From assembly GCF_009914755.1 (NCBI RefSeq), contig NC_060925.1: a stretch of DNA of 64,000 bases, one strand, 5' to 3'. Under the pieces are notes generated by a model that saw only the letters and a list, made by a program, of their open reading frames with translations, was not told where the DNA came from and made no database searches. The DNA is from the human T2T-CHM13v2.0 reference genome, Homo sapiens. Every line of letters starts with the position of its first letter. Within the stretch, counting starts at the first letter, position 1. This document shows positions 1 through 12,411 of this stretch, in pieces. The position numbers and the translations under genes are program-made.

Positions 1-3000
1 ATCGAATGGAATTATCATCGAATGGAATCGAATGGAATCAACATCAAACGGAAAAAAACGGAATTATCGAATGGAATCGAAGAGAATCATCGAATGGACC
101 CGAATGGAATCATCTAATGGAATGGAATGGAATAATCCATGGACTCGAATGCAATCATCATCGAATGGAATCGAATGGAATCATCGAATGGACTCGAATG
201 GAATAATCATTGAACGGAATCGAATGGAATCGTCATCGGATGGCAATGAATGGAATCATCATCGAATGGAATCGAATAGAATTATGGAATGAAATCCAGT
301 GTGATCATCATCGAATGGACCCGAATGGAATCATCATCCAACGGAAGCTAATGGAATCAACATCGAATGAATCAAATGGAAATACCATCGAATTGAAACG
401 AATGGAATTACCATGAAATTGAAATGGATGGACTCATCATCGAATGGATTCGAATGGAATCATCGAATAAAATTGATTGAAATCATCATCGAATGGAATC
501 GAATGGTATCATTGAATGGAATCGAATGGAATCATCATCAGATGGAAATGAATGGAATCGTCATAGAATGGAATCGAATGGATTCATTGAATGGAATCAG
601 ATGGAATCATTGAATGGACTGGAATGGAATCATTGAATGGACTCGAAAGGGATCATTATTGAATGGAATTGAATGGAATCATCGAATGGTCTCGATTGGA
701 ATCATTATCAAATGGAATCGAATGGAATCACCGAATAGAATCGAATGGAACAATCATCGAATGGACTCAAATGGAATTATCCTCAAATGGAATCGAATGG
801 AATTATCGAATGCAATCGAATGGAATTATCGAATGCAATCGAAAAGAATCATCGAATGGACTCGAATGGAATCATCGAATGGAATGAAATGGAACAGTCA
901 ATGAACTCGAATGGAATCATCATTGAATGGAATCGAATGGAATCATCGAGTGGAATCGAATGGAATTATGATCAAATGGAATCGAATGTAATCATCATCA
1001 AATGGAATCAAAAATAACCATCATCAATTGGTATTGAATGGAATTGTCATCAAATGGAATTCAAAGGAATCATCATCAAATGGAACCGAATGGAATCCTC
1101 ATTGAATGGAAATGAAAGGGGTCATCATCTAATGGAATCGCATGGAATCATCATCAAATGGAATCGAATGGAATCATCATCAAATTGAATCTAATGGAAT
1201 CATTGAAAGAATTGAATGGAATCATCATCGAATGAATTGAATGCAATCATCGAATGGTCTCGAATGGAATCACCTTCTAATGGAAAGGAATGGAATCATC
1301 GCATAGAATCGAATGGAATTATCATCGAATGGAATCGAATGGTATCAACACCAAACGGAAAAAAACGGAATTATCGAATGGAATCGAAGAGAATCTTCGA
1401 ACGGACCCGAATGGAATCATCTAATGGAATGGAATGGAATAATCCATGGACTCGAATGCAATCATCATCGAATGGAATCGAATGGAATCATCGAATGGAC
1501 TCGAATGGAATAATCATTGAACGGAATCGAATGGAATCATCATCGGACGGAAACGAATGGAATCATCATCGAATGGGAATGAAAGGAGTCATTATCTAAT
1601 GGAATTGCATGGAATCATCATAAAAAGGAATCGAATGGAATCAACATCAAATGGAATCAAATGGAATCATTGAACGGAATTGAATGGAATCGTCATCGAA
1701 TGAATTGAATGCAATCATCGAATGGTCTCAAATGGAATCATCTTCAAATGGAATGGAATGGAATCATCGCATAGAATCGAATGGAATTATCATCGAATGT
1801 AATCGAATGGAATCAACACCAAACGGAAAAAAACGGAATTATCGAATGGAATCGAAGAGAATCATCGAATGGACCCGAATGGAATCATCTAATGGAATGG
1901 AATGGAATAATCCATGGACTCGAATGCAATCATCATCGAATGGAATCGAATGGAATCATCGAATGGACTCGAATGGAATAATCATTGAACGGAATCGAAT
2001 GGAATCATCATCGGATGGAAATGAATGGAATCATCATCGAATGGAATCGAATAGAATTATGGAATGAAATCCAGTGTGATCATCATCGAATGTACCCGAA
2101 TGGAATCATCATCCAACGGAAGCTAATGGAATCAACATCGAATGAATCAAATGGAAACACCATCGAATTGAAACGAATGGAATTACCATGAAATTGAAAT
2201 GGATGGACTCATCATCAAATGGATTTGAGTGGAATCATCGAATAAAATTGATTGAAATCATCATCGAATGGAATCGAATGGTATCATTGAATGGAATCGA
2301 ATGGAATCATCGTCAGATGGAAATGAAAGGAATCGTCATAGAATGGAATCGAATGGATTCATTGAATGGAATCAGATGTAATCATTGAATGGACTGGAAT
2401 GGAATCACTGAATGGACTCGAAAGGGATCATTATTGAATGGAATTGAATGGAATCATCAAATGGTCTCGATTGGAATCATTATCAAATGGAATCGAATGG
2501 AATCACCGAATAGAATCGAATGGAACAATCATCGAATGGACTCAAATGGAATTATCCTCCAATGGAATCGAATGGAATTATCGAATGCAATCGAATGGAA
2601 TTATCGAATGCAATCGAATAGAATCATCGAATGGACTCGAATGGAATCATCGAATGGAATGGAATGGAACAGTCAATGAACTCGAATGGAATCATCATTG
2701 AATGGAATCGAATGGAATCATCGAGTGGAATCGAATGGAATTATGATCAAATGGAATCGAATGTAATCATCATCAAATGGAATCAAAAATAACCATCATC
2801 AATTGGTATTGAATGGAATTGTCATCAAATGGAATTCAAAGGAATCATCATGAAATGGAACCGAATGGAATCCTCATTGAATGGAAAAGAAAGGGGTCAT
2901 CATCTAATGGAATCGCATGGAATCATCATCAAATGGAATCGAATGGAATCATCATCAAATGGAATCTAATGGAATCATTGAAAGAATTGAATGGAATCAT

Positions 3001-5360
3001 CATCGAATGAATTGAATGCAATCATCGAATGGTCTCGAATGGAATCATCTTCTAATGGAAAGGAATGGAATCATCGCATAGAATCGAATGGAATTATCAT
3101 CGAATGGAATCGAATGGTATCAACACCAAACGGAAAAAAACGGAATTATCGAATGGAATCGAAGAGAATCTTCGAACGGACCCGAATGGAATCATCTAAT
3201 GGAATGGAATGGAATAATCCATGGACTCGAATGCAATCATCATCGAATGGAATCGAATGGAATCATCGAATGGACTCGAATGGAATAATCATTGAACGGA
3301 ATCGAATGGAATCATCATCGGACGGAAACGAATGGAATCATCATCGAATGGGAATGAAAGGAGTCATCATCTAATGGAATTGCATGGAATCATCATAAAA
3401 TGGAATCGAATGGAATCAACATCAAATGGAATCAAATGGAATCATTGAACGGAATTGAATGGAAACGTCATCGAATGAATTGAATGCAATCATCGAATGG
3501 TCTCAAATGGAATCATCTTCAAATGGAATGGAATGGAATCATCGCATAGAATCGAATGGAATTATCATCGAATGTAATCGAATGGAATCAAAACCAAACG
3601 GAAAAAAACGGAATTATCGAATGGAATCGAAGAGAATCATCGAATGGACCCGAATGGAATCATCTAATGGAATGGAATGGAATAATCCATGGACTCGAAT
3701 GCAATCATCATCGAATGGAATCGAATGGAATCATCGAATGGACTCGAATGGAATAATCATTGAACGGAATCGAATGGAATCATCATCGGATGGAAATGAA
3801 TGGAATCATCATCGAATGGAATCGAATAGAATTATGGAATGAAATCCAGTGTGATCATCATCGAATGGACCCGAATGGAATCATCATCCAACGGAAGCTA
3901 ATGGAATCAACATCGAATGAATCAAATGGAAACACCATCGAATTGAAACGAATGGAATTACCATGAAATTGAAATGGATGGACTCATCATCAAATGGATT
4001 TGAGTGGAATCATCGAATAAAATTGATTGAAATCATCATCGAATGGAATCGAATGGTATCATTGAATGGAATCGAATGGAATCATCATCAGATGGAAATG
4101 AAAGGAATCGTCATAGAATGGAATCGAATGGATTCATTGAATGGAATCAGATGGAATCATTGAATGGACTGGAATGGAATCATTGAATGGACTCGAAAGG
4201 GATCATTATTGAATGGAATTGAATGGAATCATCGAATGGTCTCGATTGGAATCATTATCAAATAGAATCGAATGGAATCACCGAATAGAATCGAATGGAA
4301 CAATCATCGAATGGACTCAAATGGAATTATCCTCAAATGGAATTGAATGGAATTATCGAATGCAATCGAATGGAATTATCGAATGCAATCGAATAGAATC
4401 ATCGAATGGACTCGAATGGAATCATCGAATGGAATGGAATGGAACAGTCAATGAACACGAATGGAATCATCATTGAATGGAATCGAATGGAATCATCGAG
4501 TGGAATCGAATGTAATCATCATCAAATGGAATCAAAAATAACCATCATCAAATGGAATCAAAAATAACCATCATCAATTGGTATTGAATGGAATTCTCAT
4601 CAAATGGAATTCAAAGGAATCATCATCAAATGGAACCGAATGGAATCCTCATTGAATGGAAATGAAAGGGGTCATCATCTAATGGAATCGCATGGAATCA
4701 TCATCAAATGGAATCGAATGGAATCATCATCAAATGGAATCTAATGGAATCATTGAACAGAATTGAATGGAATCGTCATCGAATGAATTGAATGCAATCA
4801 TCGAATGGTCTCGAATGGAATCATCTTCTAATGGAAAGGAATGGAATCATCGCATAGAATCGAATGGAATTAACATTGAATGGACTCGAATGGAATCAAC
4901 ATCAAACGGAATCAAGCGGAATTATCGAATGGAATCGAAGAGAATCATCGAATGGACCCGAATGGAATCATCTAATGGAATGGAATGGAATAATCCACGG
5001 ACTCGAACGCAATCATCGTCGAATGGAATCGAATGGAATCATCGAATGGACTCGAATGGAATAATCATTGAACAGAATCGAATGGAATCATCATCGGATG
5101 GAAACGAATGGAATCATCATCGAATGGAAATGAAAGGAGTCATCATCTAATGGAATTGCATGGAATCATCATCAAATGGAATCGAATGGAATCAACATCA
5201 AATGGAATCAAATGGAATCATTGAACGGAATTGAATGGAATCGTCATAGAATGAATTGAATGCAATCATCGAATGGTCTCGAGTGGAATCATCTTCAAAT
5301 GGAATGGAATGGAATCATCGCATAGAATCGAATGGAATTATCATCGAATGGAATCGAATG
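1..5360. repeat. Copy 1 of a near-identical block of at least 5.3 kb (offset 16965 bp)
   Basis: All ORFs from 6 to 5256 recur at +16965 (16971, 18181, 18649, 19956, 20424, 21732, 22221) with the same private variants (ggatggcaatg, aatcgaaaagaa, tgtacccgaa, ggaaacgtca, gaacacga). Confidence 0.92.
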
Positions 5361-6245
5361 GAATCAACATCAAACGGAAAAAAACGGAATTATCGAATGG
5401 AATCGAAGAGAATCATCGAATGGACCCGAATGGAATCATCTAATGGAATGGAATGGAATAATCCATGGACTCGAATGCAATCATCATCGAATGGAATCGA
5501 ATGGAATCATCGAATGGACTCGAATGGAATAATCATTGAACGGAATCCAATGGAATCATCATCGGATGGAAACGAATGGAATCATCATCGAATGGAAATG
5601 AAAGGAGTCATCATCTAATGGAATTGCATGGAATCATCATAAAATGGAATCGAATGGAATCAACATCAAATGGAATCAAATGGAATCATTGAACGGAATT
5701 GAATGGAATCGTCATCGAATGAATTGACTGCAATCATCGAATGGTCTCGAATGGAATCATCTTCAAATGTAATGGAATGGAATCATCGCATAGAATCGAA
5801 TGGAATTATCCTCTAATGGAATCGAATGGAATTATCGAATGCAATCGAATGGAATTATCGAATGCAATCGAATAGAATCATCGAATGGACTCGAATGGAA
5901 TCATCGAATGGAATGGAATGGAACAGTCAATGAACTCGAATGGAATCATCATTGAATGGAATCGAATGGAATCATCGAGTGGAATCGAATGGAATTATGA
6001 TCAAATGGAATCGAATGTAATCATCATCAAATGGAATCAAAAATAACCATCATCAATTGGTATTGAATGGAATTGTCATCAAATGGAATTCAAAGGAATC
6101 ATCATCAAATGGAACCGAATGGAATCCTCATTGAATGGAAATGAAAGGGGTCATCATCTAATGGAATCGCATGGAATCATCATCAAATGGAATCGAATAG
6201 AATCATCATCAAATGGAATCTAATGGAATCATTGAACAGAATTGA

Positions 6246-9200
6246 ATGGAATCGTCATCGAATGAATTGAATGCAATCATCGAATGGTCTCGAATGGAAT
6301 CATCTTCTAATGGAAAGGAATGGAATCATCGCATAGAATCGAATGGGATTATCATCGAATGGAATCGAATGGTATCAACACCAAACGGAAAAAAACGGAA
6401 TTATCGAATGGAATCGAAGAGAATCTTCGAACGGACCCGAATGGAATCATCTAATGGAATGGAATGGAATAATCCATGGACTCGAATGCAATCATCATCG
6501 AATGGAATCGAATGGAATCATCGAATGGACTCGAATGGAATAATCATTGAACGGAATCGATTGGAATCATCATCGGATGGAAACGAATGGAATCATCATG
6601 GAATGGAAATGAAAGGAGTCATCATCTAATGGAATTGCATGGAATCATCATAAAATGGAATCGAATGGAAACAACATCAAATGGAATCAAATGGAATCAT
6701 TGAACGGAATTGAATGGAATCGTCATCGAATGAATTGACTGCAATCATCCAATGGTCTCGAATGGAATCATCTTCAAATGGAATGGAATGGAATCATCGC
6801 ATAGAATCGAATGGAATTATCATCGAATGGAATCGAATGGAATCAACATCCAACGGAAAAAAACGGAATTATCGAATGGAATCGAAGAGAATCATCGAAT
6901 GGACCCGAATGGAATCATCTAATGGAATGGAATGGAATAATCCATGGACTCGAATGCAATCATCATCGAATGGAATCGAATGGAATCATCGAATGGACTC
7001 GAATGGAATAATCATTGAACGGAATCGAATGGAATCATCATCGGATGGAAATGAATGGAATCATCATCGAATGGAATCGAATAGAATTATGGAATGAAAT
7101 CCAGTGTGATCATCATCGAATGGACCCGAATGGAATCATCATCCAACGGAAGCTAATGGAATCAACATCGAATGAATCAAATGGAAACACCATCGAATTG
7201 AAACGAATGGAATTACCATGAAATTGAAATGGATGGACTCATCATCGAATGGATTCGAATGGAATCATCGAATAAAATTGATTGAAATCATCATCGAATG
7301 GAATCGAATGGTATCATTGAATGGAATCGAATGGAATCATCATCAGATGGAAATGAATGGAATCGTCATAGAATGGAATCGAATGGATTCATTGAATGGA
7401 ATCAGATGGAATCATCGAATGGACTGGAATGGAATCATTGAATGGACTCGAAAGGGATCATTATTGAATGGAATTGAATGGAATCATCGAATGGTCTCGA
7501 TTGGAATCATTATCAAACGGAATCTAATGGAATCACCGAATAGAATCGAATGGAACAATCATCGAATGGACTCAAATGGAATTATCCTCAAATGGAATCG
7601 AATGGAATTATCGAATGCAATCGAATGGAATTATCGAATGCAATCGAATAGAATCATCGAATGGACTCGAATGGAATCATCGAATGGAATGGAATGGAAC
7701 AGTCAATGAACTCGAATGGAATCATCATTGAATAGAATCGAATGGAATCATCGAGTGGAATCGAATGTAATCATCATCAAATGGAATCAAAAATAACCAT
7801 CATTAAATGGAATCAAAAATAACCATCATCAATTGGTATTGAATGGAATTCTCATCAAATGGAATTCAAAGGAATCATCATCATATGGAACCGAATGGAA
7901 TCCTCATTGAATGGAAATGAAAGGGGTTATCATCTAATGGAATCGCATGGAATCATCATAAAATGGAATCGAATGGAATCAACATCAAATGGAATCAAAT
8001 GGAATCATTGAACGGAATTGAATGGAATCGTCATCGAATGAATTGAATGCAATCATCGAATGGTCTCGAATGGAATCATCTTCAAATGGAATGGAATGGA
8101 ATCATCGCATAGAATCGAATGGAATTATCATCGAATGGAATCGAATGGAATCAACATCAAACGGAAAAAAACGGAATTATCGAATGGAATCGAAGAGAAT
8201 CATCGAATGGACCCGAATGGAATCATCTAATGGAATGGAATGGAATAATCCATGGACTCGAATGCAATCATCATCGAATGGAATCGAATGGAATCATCGA
8301 ATGGACTCGAATGGAATAATCATTGAACGGAATCGAATGGAATCATCATCGGATGGAAACGAATGGAATCATCATCGAATGGAATCAAATAGAATTATGG
8401 AATGAAATCCAGTGTGATCATCATCGAATGGACCCGAATGGAATCATCATCCAACGGAAGCTAATGGAATCAACATCGAATGAATCAAATGGAAACACCA
8501 TCGAATTGAAACGAATGGAATTACCATGAAATTGAAATGGATGGACTCATCATCAAATGGATTCGAATGGAATCATCGAATAAAATTGATTGAAATCATC
8601 ATCGAATGGAATTGAATGGTATCATTGAATGGAATCGAATGGAATCATCATCAGATGGAAATGAATGGAATCGTCATAGAATGGAATCGAATGGATTCAT
8701 TGAATGGAATCAGATGGAATCATGGAATGGACTGGAATGGAATCATTGAATGGACTCGAAAGGGATCATTATTGAATGGAATTGAATGGAATCATCGAAT
8801 GGTCTCGATTGGAATCATTATCAAATGGAATCGAATGGAATCACCGAATAGAATCGAATGGAACAATCATCGAATGGACTCAAATGGAATTATCCTCCAA
8901 TGGAATCGAATGGAATTATCGAATGCAATCGAATGGAATTATCGAATGCAATCGAATAGAATCATCGAATGGACTCGAATGGAATCATCGAATGGATTGA
9001 TGGAACAGTCAATGAACTCGAATGGAATCATCATTGAATGGAATCGAATGGAATCATCGAGTGGAATCGAAAGGAATTATGACCAAATGGAATCGAATGT
9101 AATCATCATCAAATGGAATCCAAAATAACCATCATCAATTGGTATTGAATGGAATTGTCATCAAATGGAATTCAAAGGAATCATCATCAAATGGAACCGA

Positions 9201-12200
9201 ATGGAATCCTCATTGAATGGAAATGAAAGGGGTCATCATCTAATGGAATCGCATGGAATCATCATCAAATGGAATCGAATGGAATCATCATCAAATGGAA
9301 TCAAATGGAATCATTGAACAGAATTGAATGGAATGGTCATCGAATGAGTTGAATGCAATCATCGAATGGTCTCGAATGGAATCATCTTCTAATGGAAAGG
9401 AATGGAATCATCGCATAGAATCGAATGGAATTATCATCGAATGGAATCGAATGGTATCAACACCAAACGGAAAAAAACGGAATTATCGAATGGAATCGAA
9501 GAGAATCTTCGAACGGACCCGAATGGAATCATCTAATGGAATGGAATGGAATAATCCATGGACTCGAATGCAATCATCATCGAATGGAATCGAATGGAAT
9601 CATCGAATGGACTCGAATGGAATAATCATTGAACGGAATCCAATGGAATCATCATCGGATGGAAACGAATGGAATCATCATCGAATGGAAATGAAAGGAG
9701 TCATCATCTAATGGAATTGCATGGAATCATCATAAAATGGAATCGAATGGAATCAACATCAAATGGAATCAAATGGAATCATTGAACGGAATTGAATGGA
9801 ATCGTCATCGAATGAATTGACTGCAATCATCGAATGGTCTCGAATGGAATCATCTTCAAATGTAATGGAATGGAATCATCGCATAGAATCGAATGGAATT
9901 ATCATCGAATGGAATCGAATGGAATCAACATCAAACGGAAAAAAACGGAATTATCGAATGGAATCGAAGAGAATCATCGAATGGACCCGAATGGAATCAT
10001 CTAATGGAATGGAATGGAATAATCCATGGACTCGAATGCAATCATCATCGAATGGAATCGAATGGAATCATCGAATGGACTCGAATGGAATAATCATTGA
10101 ACGGAATCGAATGGAATCATCATCGGATGGAAATGAATGGAATCATCATCGAATGGAATCAAATAGAATTATGGAATGAAATCCAGTGTGATCATCATCG
10201 AATGGACCCGAATGGAATCATCATCCAACGGAAGCTAATGGAATCAACATCGAATGAATCAAATGGAAACACCATCGAATTGAAACGAATGGAATTACCA
10301 TGAAATTGAAATGGATGGACTCATCATCAAATGGATTCGAATGGAATCATCGAATAAAATTGATTGAAATCATCATCGAATGGAATCGAATGGTATCATT
10401 GAATGGAATCGAATGGAATCATCATCAGATGGAAATGAATGGAATCGTCATAGAATGGAATCGAATGGATTCATTGAATGGAATCAGATGGAATCATCGA
10501 ATGGACTGGAATGGAATCATTGAATGGACTCGAAAGGGATCATTATTGAATGGAATTGAATGGAATCATCGAATGGTCTCGATTGGAATCATTATCAAAC
10601 GGAATCGAATGGAATCACCGAATAGAATCGAATGGAACAATCATCGAATGGACTCAAATGGAATTATCCTCAAATGGAATCGAATGGAATTATCGAATGC
10701 AATCGAATGGAATTATCGAATGCAATCGAATAGAATCATCGAATGGACTCGAATGGAATCATCGAATGGAATGGAATGGAACAGTCAATGAACTCGAATG
10801 GAATCATCATTGAATGGAATCGAATGGAATCATCGAGTGGAATCGAATGTAATCATCATCAAATGGAATCAAAAATAACCATCATCAAATGGAATCAAAA
10901 ATAACCATCATCAATTGGTATTGAATGGAATTCTCATCAAATGGAATTCAAAGGAATCATCATCAAATGGAACCGAATGGAATCCTCATTGAATGGAAAT
11001 GAAAGGGGTCATCATCTAATGGAATCGCATGGAATCATCATAAAATGGAATCGAATGGAATCAACATCAAATGGAATCAAATGGAATCATTGAACGGAAT
11101 TGAATGGAATCGTCATCGAATGAATTGAATGCAATCATCGAATGGTCTCGAATGGAATCATCTTCAAATGGAATGGAATGGAATCATCGCATAGAATCGA
11201 ATGGAATTATCATCGAATGGAATCGAATGGAATCAACATCAAACGGAAAAAAACGGAATTATCGAATGGAATCGAAGAGAATCATCGAATGGACCCGAAT
11301 GGAATCATCTAATGGAATGGAATGGAATAATCCATGGACTCGAATGCAATCATCATCGAATGGAATCGAATGGAATCATCGAATGGACTCGAATGGAATA
11401 ATCATTGAACGGAATAGAATGGAATCATCATCGGATGGAAATGAATGGAATCGTCATCGAATGGACTCGAATAGAATTATGGAATGAAATCCAGTGTGAT
11501 CATCATCGAATGGACCCGAATGGAATCATCATCCAACGGAAGCTAATGGAATCAACATCGAATGAATCAAATGGAAACACCATCGAATTGAAACGAATGG
11601 AATTACCATGAAATTGAAATGGATGGACTCATCATCGAATGGATTCGAATGGAATCATCGAATAAAATTGATTGAAATCATCATCGAATGGAATCGAATG
11701 GTATCATTGAATGGAATCGAATGGAATCATCATCAGATGGAAATGAATGGAATCGTCATAGAATGGAATCGAATGGATTCATTGAATGGAATCAGATGGA
11801 ATCATCGAATGGACTGGAATGGAATCATTGAATGGACTCGAAAGGGATCATTATTGAATGGAATTGAATGGAATCATCGAATGGTCTCGATTGGAATCAT
11901 TATCAAATGGAATCGAATGGAATCACCGAATAGAATCGAATGGAACAATCATCGAATGGACTCAAATGGAATTATCCTCAAATGGAATGGAATGGAATTA
12001 TCGAATGCAATCGAATGGAATTATCGAATGCAATCGAATAGAATCATCGAATGGACTCGAATGGAATCATCGAATGGAATGGAATAGAACAGTCAATGAA
12101 CTCGAATGGAATCATCATTGAATGGAATCGAATGGAATCATCGAGTGGAATCGAATGGAATTATGATCAAATGGAATCGAATGTAATCATCATCAAATGG

Positions 12201-12411
12201 AATCAAAAATAACCATCATCAATTGGTATTGAATGGAATTGTCATCAAATGGAATTCAAAGGAATCATCATCAAATGGAACCGAATGGAATCCTCATTGA
12301 ATGGAAATGAAAGGGGTCATCATCTAATGGAATCGCATGGAATCATCATCAAATGGAATCGAATGGAATCATCATCAAATTGAATCTAATGGAATCATTG
12401 AAAAGAATTGA
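6246..12411. repeat. Two tandem A-B-B units, period about 3082-3084 bp
   Basis: Module starts 6246/6714/8022 and 9328/9796/11104. The first B of each shares gaattgactgca, tatcaaacgg and the doubled aaaataaccatc, and both have a B-to-B junction. Confidence 0.8.

Noticed and set aside
45-64. aaacggaaaaaaacggaa purine tract as a terminator or poly-A remnant
   Set aside because: It is a fixed degenerate subunit of the 468-bp repeat with only seven As and no hairpin.
466-486. taaaattgattgaaatca as a DUX4-type double-homeodomain site (DUX4 is known to activate HSATII)
   Set aside because: The reverse complement TGATTTCAATCA has one base more between the half-sites than the 11-bp TAAYYYAATCA consensus, so it cannot be called without a motif scan or binding data.
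1385-1404. cgaagagaatcttcgaacgg as a heat-shock element
   Set aside because: It has only two properly inverted nGAAn units, not the three alternating units of a canonical element, and such matches are expected by chance in a GAA-rich satellite.
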